Positions 39,118 to 52,268 of a DNA stretch of 64,000 nt are shown here, in pieces (the stretch's first letter is position 1; every line of letters starts with the position of its first letter). A model generated the notes under the pieces. That model did not search any database, was not told the DNA's origin, and saw nothing but the letters and a program-made list of their open reading frames with translations. Origin of the DNA: Eledone cirrhosa (taxonomy: Eukaryota); the NCBI GenBank assembly GCA_964016885.1, contig OZ024764.1:23560001-23624000 (forward strand), in the 5' to 3' direction. Both the position numbers and the translations under genes were made by a program.

Positions 39118-39669
39118 GTTATAGTATCATGATAGGGTAATACAGTTATTTATAGACCTGTGGTAAATGTTGGTTCAGTCCACCCTGGGGGGTGTAAGTG
39201 TTGGTTCAGTCTACCCTGAGGGGTGTCAGTATTGGTTAATGATAACCTTTATAACTAGAGGCCTGTTGGTGAGGAAAAGCTGGAAGTGGTGACATCTTTC
39301 TGCTACCTGTGTGACATGTCAGCTGGAAGTGGAGCCAAGTTCACTGCCATCGTGCTGTGCCATTCCACAGGTAACAAGTTTAGGCAGCTTCTCCTAATCC
39401 TCAAGACATGCTGGCTACCATTAGACACCATGGGGCAGGTTTATAACACCTGTGGGAGAAGTGTGTTGTTTCATGCCAGCGAGACCTGGGCCATGTTATC
39501 TGACTGTCTGAATTGACTCTGAAGAAATGACAGAGCTATGATCCACTGGATGTGTAGTGTGACCATTGAGGATGATGTCAGCTCAACTGAGCTCTTAAAA
39601 AAACTGCTGAGCGACAACCTTAAGGATGTGTTTCACAGGAGACACATGCACTGGTATGGCCATGTTGTG

Positions 39670-42270
39670 CATTCTCTCTCAACTCATCTATGCTTGGTCG
39701 TTGATGCACATTGACATTGCACATCCAACGGAGCATACTTGCTTCATTTCTCTCCAGCCATCGCATATCCTCCACAGTTGCTGTGCATGTCTCACTACCG
39801 TGCAGCATCACACATCTCATGCAGGCATCACAAGCCATTCGTTCTTAGAGAGAAACCCTTCTTTGTCAACAGAGGAAGCAGCTCCCTAAACTTCTTCCAA
39901 CCTGTCCTTATTCTAGATACTATGGCCTCTGAGCACCCTCCTCCCATGCTAATTTGATCACCTAGATTCCGGAAGCTATCAACCACTTCTATAGAACCTA
40001 TCTGCATTTGAAAAATGTGTCTATCACTGCGACTTCTACTGTCAAATTTCCCTGTACATCTACTGCATATGTATTTTTCCCTACCTGTTAGTTTGCCTGC
40101 TATCCCACTACATTTCTTGTGTACCCAAAATCTGCATTGTGTACATTATAGAATTTATGCCAGTTCCTTTTCTACATATCGAACAAGGCCATTTCCCTGA
40201 TGGAATGACAGTTTTGTCCTCTTTTCTACTCATCAACACTTTAGTCTTAGCTAGGTTCACTCTCAGTCCTCTTGATTCCAACTGCTGTTGCAATAGCCAG
40301 AATTTATTCTCTAGCTCCTCTACTGATTCTGCTATAAGAACCATATCGTCAGCATAGAGAACTTCCCATGGCCACCTAGTCTTAAACTCCTCTGTTATGA
40401 CATGGAGGACTATAATGAACAAGAGCGTGCTGAGGACCGAAACCTGATGTACTCCTACTTGTATCTGGAATTCCTCACTAAACTCCATGCCTACCCTCAC
40501 TTTACTGACAGCACCTCTGTACATAGCTTGCACTGTCCTCACAAACTATTCCTCTACACCTAGTTTCCTTAGGGACCACCAGATGACAGATTGGGGTACT
40601 CTATCAAAGGCCTTCTCTAGGTCAACAAAAACTAAGTATAGTGGTTTTTTTCTCTAAGAACCTCTCTTGTAGTTGTCTCACTAAGAAGAGGGCATCTGTT
40701 TGACTCTTTCTCTAAGTTGTGCTAGTATTCTTTCTGTCACTTTCATAACCTGATCCATCAGTTTTATACCCCTATAATTACTCCCCTCCAGAACATCCCC
40801 TTTACCTTTACCTCAATTTATGAGAATACTGCTGCACCAGTCTTTGGGTATGACACCACCATATATAGCTTGATTAATGATGCATGCAACCAGTTTAATT
40901 CCTACTTCTCTTGATGCCTTCAGCATCTCAGCAACTATCCCCAACAGTCCAGCGGACTTACCATTTTTCATTTCCTTAATTGGACCCTATAGTCATCAAT
41001 CTCAATAGCTGGTCCTTCTGTCAGGTCTACTGAATGTAGCTCCCCTCCTATTCATTCTCCACATTCATCAGTCTCTCATAATGACATTTCCAGGCCTCCT
41101 TTTTTTTGAGAATCAGTGACACTAAGTGCACCAACATCCTGATTTACACTGACACACTGCCTTGCAATGTGGATCACCGCACATCTCTGATCTCCCCATC
41201 GCAGGACATTGGCAAACCTTCTAATCTCAGCCTCCCTGCATGTTAAGTAAACCTGACATCTAGCTTCTCTCTTAGCGGCTGTGAATCGGTCTCTACCCCT
41301 ACCATTTTTCCAAGCCTTTTGTCTCTAATGGCTCTATCTACCGTGCTGTTCCACCACCAGGTCACCCTCTGTCTGGTTGGAACTCTGCTCCAGCCACAAG
41401 TTTCTTCAGTAACCTGCAGTAAGTTGTCACGTACGAAATTCCAGTTATCGTCCATGTCATAGGACTCTAAATCGTCTTCTTTTTCGTCATACACATCTTG
41501 AAGGGCTTTCCTAAATTTATATTTTAATGAAAGGTCTTTTAGTTTCCAGACCTTCCTTTTTCACACCTTCTTGTATGTCTCTCTTTGTCTCTTGCTTACT
41601 GAGATGTCACTAACGACTAACCTATGTTGGTGGGGTACATTGTTCCCTGGGGTATGCCTTAATATTTGACACCATCTGTCTCTCTTGCTACTTAACTAGC
41701 AAGAAGTCAATCTGTCTCATGTGCTCACCAGCTTGGTACGTTATTAGGTGGTTGGTAGGTTTCTTGAAATGTTGCAAATGGTTAGTTCACTTGCATCACA
41801 AACTACAAGAAGCCTCACTCTTTCTTCGTTTCTTGAGCCATAACCATGACCACCATGTACCCCACTATATCCATCCTGGAACTGTCCAACATGACCATTG
41901 AAGTCCCCTGCTATTATAACTAGGTCTCTGTCATTGTGGTTATCTCTACTTATTCCTTTTCTACATATGGAGCAGGGCCACTTTCCTGAAGGGGTCAGGG
42001 TCTTCTCTCCTATCCATTAGCACTTTAGTTTTGGCTAAGTATATTCTCAGAACTTACCATTTCAAATTCTATATCTATAGCTGGTCATCTACATAGAGAA
42101 GTTTCCATAGACAGCCAGTCTTAAACCTCTCTGTTATGGCTTAGAGAACTATGATGAACAACAGTGGGCTAAGAACTAAACCATGATGAACTCCTACCTG
42201 TACCTTCAATTCATCACTAAACACACTTTACTGACAGCTTCTCACAAGCCATTCTTCTACACCTAATTTC
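39670..42270 (-). mobile_element. Degraded antisense RTE, segmental duplicate of 4150-6750
   Basis: ORFs 40108-40542 (GVHQ, YADD) and 41243-41494. Same junctions as cassette 1. Confidence 0.88.
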
Positions 42271-42483
42271 CTTAACCCTTTAGTATATAAACTGGCCATA
42301 TCTGGCCAGAATTGTCCCACATCTTTCTGTTCAAACTGGCCGTAACTGGTCACTTATACTTATGTTAAGGTTTTGTTCTCAAAATAATTAACATCAAAAT
42401 CTCATAGATTTGATATTATGAGAGATAAAGTATTTACTGTGAAAATATAATAGTAAATATAGAGTAATGTGAATACTAAAGGG

Positions 42484-42587
42484 TTAATCTGATGTCACTA
42501 ATAACTACTTTTATCAGTCAGTTTAATCTAATGTCACTAATAACTACTTTTATCAGTCAGTCTAATCTAATGTCACTAATAACTAAC
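42484..42587 (+). repeat. 39-bp satellite, about 2.5 units
   Basis: Same unit and flanks as 6964-7497. Confidence 0.9.
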
Positions 42588-42905
42588 CTATGTTAGGCAG
42601 CACATTCTTCACCAAGGAAGGCCTTAGTATTTATTACAGTCCATTTATCAATATAGAAATATTATATGAAATTTGTACTGATGTATTACAAGTTTCTGAG
42701 TATCTTATAATGTTCTTTTATTATTTCAGAATACCAGAGGACATTGGCATTAAAGAGCACGTTACATCAGACATATCCTCAATATTAACCATTTCTAATG
42801 AAAGACACTAACCATCATTTTCAAATAAAATATAACTAAATTTCTCAGTATTAAGCTGTGAATTATGTGAGAAACTGAGGTGATTGATATCTTTTAGTAG
42901 GAGAT

Positions 42906-43517
42906 ATGTCGAAAAATATAGTAAAATCACCATTCCACTGTGATATCTGTGGTAAATCATTCTCTCGTAGTGATAACCTAACTACTCACATACGTATTCA
43001 TACAGGAGAAGAGCCATTCCACTGTGATATCTGTGGTAAATCATTCTCTCAGAGTAATACCTTAACTACTCACAAACGTATTCATACAGGAGAGAACCCA
43101 TATCATTGTGATATCTGTGGTAAATCATTCCCGTGTAGTCAGCACCTAACTACTCACAAACGTATTCATACAGGAGAGAAGCCATATCAATGTGATATCT
43201 GTGATAAATCATTCAGTGACAGTAGTAGCTTCAGAGTTCACAAACAAATTCATACAGGAGAGAAGCCACATCACTGTGACATCTGTGGTAAATCATTCAG
43301 TCACAGAAATACCTTAACTTCCCACCAACGTATTCATACAGGAGAGAAGCCATATCACTGTGATATCTGTGGTAAATCATTCTCTCGTAGTGATACCTTA
43401 ACTACCCACAAACGTACTCATACAGGAGAGAAGCCATATCACTGTGACATCTGTGGTAAATCATTCTCTGTTAGAGGTAACTTCACCAAGCATGTGCGTA
43501 TTCATACAGAAGTTTAG
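42906..43517 (+). CDS. Poly-C2H2 zinc-finger protein copy 3, 203 aa, 7 fingers
   Basis: Intact ORF with the same N- and C-termini as copy 2. Confidence 0.92.
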   Translation: MSKNIVKSPFHCDICGKSFSRSDNLTTHIRIHTGEEPFHCDICGKSFSQSNTLTTHKRIHTGENPYHCDICGKSFPCSQHLTTHKRIHTGEKPYQCDICDKSFSDSSSFRVHKQIHTGEKPHHCDICGKSFSHRNTLTSHQRIHTGEKPYHCDICGKSFSRSDTLTTHKRTHTGEKPYHCDICGKSFSVRGNFTKHVRIHTEV

Positions 43518-43833
43518 CTGTATCAATATCAAACTCATTACATCATACTACAACGACACCAAATATGTAGATCCATCATCCTTGCTTAAACTGGGGTTAA
43601 CCTTGTAGGTTTTACCTATGACAGGGATCATAAACACCAGGTTTCCATTTTTGAAGTAGTGTTTGAAGATTTTGTGTAAATTGAAGTTTTTCACATTAAA
43701 CTTTCATTTATTATACTTTAACAGGTAAGATATATATTTGTATTTTTAGTAAAGGTTGGGAACTTCTGTAATTTAAACCTGCCAATAAAATGAAAACTTT
43801 TGTTGTTGCTAGTCAGACATTGATATTAATTCT

Positions 43834-44011
43834 TGTTTCTACTTTAGGCACAAGGCCAGCAATTATCCAGTGCATTACTGGTACTTTATTTTATCGACCC
43901 CGTAAGGATGAAAGGCAAAGTCAACCTCGGCGGGATTTGAACTCAGATCGTAAAGGGACGTAACTATGCTTGAAAGCATGTCGTCCGACCCTCTACCGAT
44001 ACTGCCAATCC
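43834..44011 (-). mobile_element. tRNA-derived SINE (Meta-domain-like body), cassette-3-specific insertion
   Basis: Minus strand reads TGGCAGTATCGG (A box), GAGTTCAAATCCC (B box), TTTGCCTTTCATCCTTACGGGGTCGATAAAATAAAGTACCAG. Absent at about 10775. Confidence 0.8.
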
Positions 44012-44345
44012 ATGTCCTGTACATTGTCTCAAATATCACAGATTAAACAGATTTTAACAATAACAACAGAAATCAATAACTTGTAAGCCTAATATCTAGC
44101 TTCCATTTTAACTATTTGATATTGTTGTTCCTCTCCTGTCTCTTCATGTCTTTTAGATTTCAACTTCTATCTACTGTACTATTCCATCACCAAGGCAACA
44201 TTCATCTGGCTGGCAGCTTACATCAACTACAGATCTCATCAGTGGTTCACAACAGGCTGTCTGAAAGAAACTTGCAGATATCTTCTATGTCATAGCTATC
44301 AATCTCCTCCTCCTCATCATATGTATCATGTAGAACATCTCTGAA

Positions 44346-44752
44346 TTTATATTTAGCAGGGAGATCTTTTACTGTCCCTACCCTTTTCTCTAGGTTGTCT
44401 TGTACCTCTCTCACAGTCCCTCTAGATCTTATATTTAACAGGGAAATCTTTTACTGTCTCTACCATTTTCTCTAGGTTGTCTTGTACCTCTCTCACAGTC
44501 CCTCTAGATCTTATATTTAACAGGGAGATATTTTACTATCCCTACTCTTTTCTCTAGGTTGTCTTGTACCTCTCTCATAGTCCCTCTAAATCTTATATTT
44601 AACAGGGAGATGTTTTACTGTCCCTACCTCTTTCTTTGGGTTGTCTTGTACCACCCTCACAGTCCCTCTAGATCTTATATTTAACAGGGAGATGTTTTAC
44701 TCTCCAACCCTTCTCCAGATAGTCTTGTATCTGTCAGTCCCTCTAGATCTTA
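44346..44752 (+). repeat. 82-bp minisatellite, about 5 units
   Basis: Same unit as 11110-11930. Confidence 0.9.
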
Positions 44753-45042
44753 CACCTAGTATCTAGTCTATGTTGAGTGGTACGTCCTTCTCCAGTAAAG
44801 GAGTTAATATTCCCAACCATCTGTCTATCCTGTTTTCTGATGAGAATGAAGTCAATCTAGTTTATCTCTTCACCTGATTGAAGTAACTAGATCAAGTAAC
44901 TAGATGTTTTCCTGTAAGTTAGTGTTGCAGTGTTTGTGTCACCATGTAAGGTATATATCTATTAATATAGAGATGTAGTAAAGTTTTCACTGTTGTATCT
45001 CTATTTTCTAAATATCTTAATAATGTTTCTCTACTATTTCAG

Positions 45043-45428
45043 AATATCACATGACCTTGACAGAAAAGAGTCTTTTAAAGACAACAGAAAGATGTTACAT
45101 ACAAGTGATATAAACTTGTTTAGTCTGTGGTGAATTATGGTGAAATATTTCTTTTGAATTGAGATAAATAACAACATATTCCTTTTTCACTCTCTGGAAT
45201 ATTTACAAGGGTATTTTACATTCTGATTAAACTTTGGATATTTACAAAGGAGTTTTCAAAATATTTGGATATTGACAAAGATCACATTTGATAAAATTAT
45301 GAACAATAAAAATATTTACATCAACATAGGAATATTTTCCAGAAGAGATGGGAAAATCATTATACCACTGTAATATTTGTGGTAAAGTATTCTCTATTCT
45401 TTATATGTAGAACATCTAACTAAACACT
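45043..45428 (+). pseudogene. Decayed older ZNF exon (cassette 3)
   Basis: Homologous to 12205-12590. ATG 45348. Confidence 0.65.
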
Positions 45429-45538
45429 TTAACTAACAAACTATTGTGCTATAGAATTGAGAAACTTGAGGAATGTTTAATAAATGTTACAGATTTCTCC
45501 AAACTGTCGTTTACTAACTTTAATTTGAAGCTATATTA

Positions 45539-45773
45539 TCTATATACTACTAAAACTCTTAATTGTGTCTTGTCTGTAATTTAATACAGCTAAAACGGTG
45601 CATAATGGGGAAATACTTTGAAAGGAATAAAACAATTTTTGTATAAATTGGAGCACAGGTTCCCAAGATACAGGGTTTTCTGGGTACCTTCATAAATATA
45701 GGCAGAGAAAGAGATAGTGGTTGTGAGAGTGAGGAGACAGATGGAAGAGAGAGAGCTGGTGGTGTTTTTTAAT

Positions 45774-45804
<31 letters not shown>

Positions 45805-45901
45805 ACGTATGTGTATATTTTAACTATTTAAAAATTATTTTAAATGACTTTTAAAAAATAGTGATAAAGGAACGTGACCCAACAGGTCCCGGGTGGTCTA
45901 G
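45539..45901 (+). mobile_element. Complete non-autonomous Helitron (363 bp)
   Basis: A|TCTATATACTAC ... GTGACCCAACAGGTCCCGGGTGGTCTAG|T. Confidence 0.75.
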
Positions 45902-46859
45902 TTTGTTACTAAATACTAGATATTAGAGGGTTATGTTGTTCTAGATGTGCTGGAAGAGCCATTCCATCTCGTGAGGCTCACACCAGCAGCTAGCCACCTC
46001 AGCACCTATGGTGGTATATTTATTATATTATTTATTCTTTATCATTAACATTAATATAAAAGATAATTATATATTTTTAGAGAAGAACCTCTAACTTCAT
46101 ATAGCTTAGGGCTTCAGTAGATAAAAGTCTGGCCTTGCTTGTCTTGTATTTTTTAGGGGAGAAGTTAGGGAATACTGTTATTGTGTGAAAGTTTTCTAAA
46201 TCTTCTTCAGCCACTAACGTGGAGAAGATATTTCAGTAAGAAGGTTCACATCCTGACATCTATAGCTGTTAACAATGAGATTGGAATTCATCATTAAACA
46301 AATGTTATATCATCATCACTGTTTTACATCAGTTTTTCCACGCTGGCATGGGTTAGATGAGTTATCCTGTTGTAAGCAATACCAGGTCAGGTGACCACGT
46401 CTTGCTCCTACAGAACCTATTTTGGTTTGGTTTCTACAGCTGGATGACCTTCCTAGCACCAACCTTATTTACATTGATTACTGGGTGCTTTTTACTATCT
46501 CACCAACTAGACCACTTCACAGTGTGGGCTGGGTACTTTTTAACTTTTTGTCATGACACCTACATGACCACTTTACAATGAGTACTGGGTACTTTCTGTT
46601 GTGACACCTACTTGACCACTTTACAGTGAGTACTGGGTACTTTATGTCATGACACCTACAGTACCACTTTACAGTGTGTCCTGGGTACTTTTTGTTGTGA
46701 CACCTACACGACCTCTTTACAGTGTTGGCAGTGAAATATCTAATGCACCAGCTTCAGTCATCAGAAGATCGCTGTTTTCTATATTATAATTTTATAATAT
46801 ACATATACACACACAAACACAAATATATATATATATATATAAATTTTTTTATTTTTTAT

Positions 46860-49800
46860 ATGACCATGCTGCAAAATGGAGGGGTAGAGAGGGCCCTTGC
46901 GTCTAGTAAGACATCCTCTCTAGTGCTGGTGGCACAAATAAAAGCACCCAGTCCATGCTGTAAAGTGGCGCTGGTGTTAGGAAGGGCATCCAACCAGTGT
47001 ATCAATGCCAAAACGCTTATCAGCACAGCAACAAATAGGAACAACAAAAAAATATGAAGACGTCGCATCTCAGAGTTGCAACACTTAATGTTGGCACTCT
47101 CACAGGTAGATCTGCTGAAATAGCGGAGATGCTGGAGAGAAGGCATGGAGATGTGTGCTGCGTGCAATAGGTGAGATGTAGAGGTGCCTCTGCGAGACTA
47201 GTCGTAGGCAAACATCTTAGCTATAAGCTTTTCTGGGTAGGTAAGGATGATCGGTTAGGGGAGTAGGCATTTTCCTGGCTGAGAGATGGATCAATAAGAC
47301 AATAGAGGTAGTTCGAGTTAGTAATAGAATAAGCTTAGATTAGTTGTAGGCAAGAGACGACTGACAATCATCTCTGCCTATGCTCCCCAGGCAGGCCTAG
47401 GCAAAGATGAGAAAGACTGCTTTTATGAGCAACTTTTACAAACAGCCGCAATGACAGAGGACGGAGACATCGTTATGCTAGTAGGGGACTTCAATGGTCA
47501 TGTTGGACAGCTCCAGGATGGATACACTGGGGTACATGGTGAGCACAGTTACGGGTCAAGAAATGAAGAAGGAGTGAGACTTCTTGAATTTTGTGATGCA
47601 GGTCCATTGACTATTTACAACACAAACTTCCAGAAACCTGTCAATCACCTAATAACCTACAAATCTGGCAAGCACATAAGCCAGATTGACTTCTTACTAG
47701 TTAGGCAGCGGGACAGGCAGATAGTGTCTAATACCAAGGCATACCCTGGGGAAGAATGTACCCCACAGCATAGGTTAGTTGTTAGTGATATCTCAGTAAG
47801 CAAGAGATGGAATGAGACATACAGGAAGGTGTGGAGAAGAAAGGTCTGGAAGCTAAAAGACCTTTCACTAAAATACAAATTTAGGAAAGCCCTTCAAGAT
47901 GTATATGACGAAAAAGAAGACGATTTAGAGACGTATGACATAGATAATAACTGGAATTTCTTACGTGACAACTTTCTGCAGGCTACTGATGAAACTTGTG
48001 GCTGGAGCAGAGCTCCAACCAGACAGAGAGTGACCTGGTGGTGGAACAGCACAGTAGATAAGGCCATTAGAGACAAAAGACTAGCATGGAAGGCTTGGAA
48101 AAAGGGTGGGAGTAGGGAAGAATATACAGCCGCTAAGAGAGAAGCTAGATGTCAGGTGTACTTAGCACACAGGGAGGTTGAGAGTAGGAGGTTTGCCAAT
48201 GTTCTGCGACGGGAAGATCAGGGTCAATGCAAATCAGGATGTTGTTGGAGATAAATGTGTCTGGAATGATGCCGGTGTACTTAGTGTCACGAATGATCAG
48301 AAAAAGGAGGCCTGGAAATGTCATTATGAGAGACTGATGAATGTGGAGAACGAATGGGGGAGAGAGAAATTACCCTTAGTAGATCCGAGAGAGGGACCAG
48401 CTATTGAGATTGACGAATATAGGGTCCAAGAGGCAATTAAGGAAATGGAAAATGGTAAGGCTGCTGGACCATCGGGAATAGTTGCTGAGATGCTGAAGGC
48501 ATCAGGAGACGTAGGCACTAAACTGGTTGCACGCATCATCAATCAGGCTATATATGGTGGTGTCATACCCAAAGACTGGTGCAGCAGTATTCTCATAAAT
48601 TGCTACAAAGGTAAAGGGGATGCTCTGGAGAGGAGCAATTATAGGGGTATGAAAGTGGCAGAAAGGATATTAGCACAACTAATTAGAGAACGGGTCAAAC
48701 TAGATGAGATGCAGTTTGGTTTTGTGCCTGGGAAGAGTACAACAGATGCCCTCTTCTTGGTGAAACAATTGCAAGAGAGGTTCTTAGAGAAAAATAAGCC
48801 ACTCTACTTAGCCTTTGTTGACCTAGAGAAGGCCTTTGATAGGGTACCCCGATCTGTCATCTGGTGGTCCCTAAGGAAACTAGGTGTTGAGGAATGGCTT
48901 GTGAGGACAGTGCAAAGTTTGTACAGAGGTACTCTCAGTAAAGTTAGGGTAGGAATGGAGTTTAGTGAGGAATTCCAGATACAAGTAGGAGTACATCAAG
49001 GTTCGGTCCTCAGTCCACTCTTGTTCATTATAGTCCTCCAAGTCATAACAGAGGAGTTTAAGACTGGCTGTCCATGGGAACTTCTCTATGCTGACGATCT
49101 GGTTCTTATAGCAGAATCAGTAGAGGAGCTAGAGAATAAATTCTGGCTATGGAAACAGCAGTTGGAATCAAGAGGACTGAGAGTGAACCTAGCTAAGACA
49201 AAAGTGTTGATGAGTAGAAAAGAGGACAAAACTCTGATTCCGTTAGGGAAATGGCCATGTTCGATATGCAGAAAAGGAACTGGCATAAATTCTATAAAAT
49301 GCACACAATGCAGATCCTGGGTACAAGAGATGTAGCGGGATAGCAGGCAAACTAACAGGTAGGGAGAAATATGTATGCAGTAGATGTACAAGGAAATTAG
49401 ACAGTAGAAGTCGCATTGATAGCCACTGTTTTCAAATGCAGGAAGGTGCTATAGAAGTGGTGGATAGCTTCCGGTACCTAGATCAGATTAGCATGGGAGG
49501 AGGGTGTTTCGATGCCATAGTAACTAGAATAAGGACAGGCTGGAAGATGTTTAGGGAGCTGTTTCCTCTGCTGACGAAGAAAGGTTTCTCCCTGCGTACG
49601 AAAGGCCGGTTTTATGATGCCTGTGTGAGCACCGCAATGCTGCATGGTAGTGAGACATGGGCAGCAACTGCCGAAATGAGACATCCTTTGGATGTGCGTG
49701 AACGACCCAGCATGAATGTTGAGAGAGAAACTGTGTCTGAGAGGGATAGAATGTAGTGTACGGGGGAGAAGACTGAGGTGGTATGGACATGTGATGCGCA

Positions 49801-50016
49801 TGGAGGATGACCGATGGGTGAAGAAGTGCCAGGAAATGCCAGTTGAAGGAAGACGTGGTAGAGGTAGACCACGAAAAACATGGGCGGGGGTGGTGAGAAC
49901 AGACCTCAGATCGTTGAAGCTCATGGTGGAGATGATGAAGGACCGTGATGAGTGGAGAGATGCTGTGCTGAATAAGACCCGTCCCACCCTTGCGAGCAGG
50001 GAATAGCGGACGTAAA

Positions 50017-50048
<32 letters not shown>
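46860..50048 (+). mobile_element. Apparently full-length but frameshifted RTE LINE (family C) with 5'UTR
   Basis: ATG 47054 MKTSHLRVATLNVGTL (APE). ORFs 47451-48254, 48178-49335, 49436-49756 and 49716-50006. (GAT)n tail right after the stop. The 5' boundary is approximate. Confidence 0.92.
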
Positions 50049-50049
50049 A

Positions 50050-52068
50050 CAGTGGTACCTTGACTTACGAGTGTCCCAACTAATCGGCTGATTTTTTGCG
50101 TTGAGTTCCAGGGTAAAATTCGGGTTGCGAGTCAGCTTCAGATGCCCCGCCACTAGTTGGCATAGCGACCGCCACAGGGAATACGATAACACCCGCCCAG
50201 CATCCCATGGCTTCGAAGAAAGTGAGGGCGAAGGACAGTTCTGAGAAGAAGAAGCAGATGATGTCTATTGAATTAAAGAAAGAAATTATAGAAAAACATG
50301 ACCAAGGTGTGTGTGTAGTGGACTTGGCGAAGCAGTACGAGCGTAGAACTTCTATGATATGTACCATACTGAAGTAGAAGGAGTTGATAAAGGCTATAAC
50401 CCCAGCTAAGGGTGGTAAAATAATTTCTAAACAGCGGACCTCTATCCATGAAAATATGGAGAAGCAGCTCGCAAGAGATACCGTGATGAAGATTATAATA
50501 TGTGAGAAGGCACGAGCTATTTACGCTGATTTGCTGCAGCAGACCCCAGGTACTTCTACGGACGAGCCAGCCATCGGCAAGCCCTTTAATGCCAGTCGGG
50601 GTTGGTTTGAGAATTTTAAAAAGAGGACCGGCATTCACTCCGTTGTCAGGCATGGTGAGGCAGCGAGCGCGGATATGAAGGCAGCTGAGGATTACCTCAA
50701 AACCTTTGCCGGAATTATAGCAGCCAAAGGATACATCCCTCAGCAAGTCTTTAACTGTGATGAAACAGGACTTTTTTGGAAGAAGATGCCAAGGAGGACT
50801 TATATAATGGCAGAGGAGAAGAGGATGCCTGGCCACAAACCCATGAAGGATAGGCTAACCCTCGCACTGTGTGCCACTGAGCGGCGAGTGTAAGATTAAG
50901 TTGCCGCTCGTTTATCATTCAGAAAACTCCAGAACCTTTAAGTCACATAAGATTCTGAAAGAAAAACTGCAGTTTATGTGGAGGGCAAACCCGAGGTCAT
51001 GGGTCACCAGGTAGTTCTTTGTGGAGTGGGTGAATTTGGTCTTTGGTCCTGACGTTAAAAAATATCTCCATGAAAATAACCTACCCCTGTAAACCCTTCT
51101 TGTCCTACATAATGCACCTGCTCACTCACCCACCCTCGAAGAGTTCAAGTTTATAAAGGTCCTCTACCTTCCACCAAACACCACCCCTATCCTACAGCCC
51201 AAGGACCAGCAGGTACCTTCTAATTTCAAGAAGCTCTTCACCAAGCACCTGTTCAGTCGCTGCTTTGAAGTGACGGGGAGCACAAACTTCACCCTTGAGA
51301 GGTCTGGAAGGACCATTATAACATCGTGATATGCCTCAGAATTATCGATATGACATGGCAGGGTCTTACAAAGAGGACCTTGACCTCTACATGGAAGAAG
51401 CTGTGGCCTGAAGTTGTGTCTAAAACAGACTTTGAAAGACTCGAACCCGAAGCGGCAGTGGTGGAGGAGATTGTACCCCTCGGTAAGTCCATGGGCCTGG
51501 ACATGGATGAAGGTGACATCAACGAGCTCATCGAGGAGCACCCCGAGGAAATGACAACGAAGGAATTAAAGGAGCTACAGACACAGCAACACACGGAGTT
51601 TTTGCAGGAAATAGGTGACACAGAGGAGGTTATCTCAACAAGTGAGATGAAACAAACCTTATTAGACAGGTTTTTATTGAAAATCCCTGCAGATAAAAGT
51701 GAGGAAAGCGTGGCGAAAAGAGCAAACATCAGCGAATAAGATTCAGTTATTCAGTTCATCCTTTCTCCTCCGTCAACATCCTCAAGTCGTCTGATCTCCA
51801 AGATAGATGCTGTACATTATACTTAATAAAACTAGTTTGTTGTAGTACATTCTATTGTATTGTTTTTTGTATACAATATTTGTCATTTATAAGTACATTT
51901 TTCTTATTTAAAAACACGTAACAAAACAAACTGTGGTTTTTTGGGGGTCTGGAACGGATTAACGGCATTTTATTTTATTTCAGTGGGGAAAATTGATTTG
52001 ACATACGAGTAATTTAAGTTACGAGGTCCTCCACGGAACAAATTAAACTGTAAGTCAAGGTACCACAG
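50050..52068 (+). mobile_element. Tigger/pogo (TIGD1-like) DNA transposon, decayed
   Basis: TA|CAGTGGTACCTTGACTTAC ... GTAAGTCAAGGTACCACAG TIRs. ATG 50207 begins an HTH. ASRGWFENFKKR, VFNCDETGLFWKKMP and KDRLTL motifs, with stops and frameshifts. Confidence 0.93.
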
Positions 52069-52096
52069 TGTGTGTATATATATATATATATATATG

Positions 52097-52268
52097 AAGG
52101 AACGATCGACTTTCGTCAAATCGGACCGAGGAAGCAATGTTTCCATTGGTCTTTGCAATTGCTAGTACTATCGGTCGCAACTCCAGGTAGAAGGAACAAC
52201 GTGAAATAAAGTGTCTTGCTCAAGGTCATAACGCATCGCCTGGTCCAGGAATCGAACTCACAACCTCA
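52097..52268 (-). mobile_element. 5'-truncated tRNA-derived SINE, same family as 16091-16300
   Basis: Reverse complement of GAGTTCGATTC..CCTTGAGCAAGACACTTTATTTCACGTTG..CCGATTTGACGAAAG, flanked by (TA)n. Confidence 0.8.
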
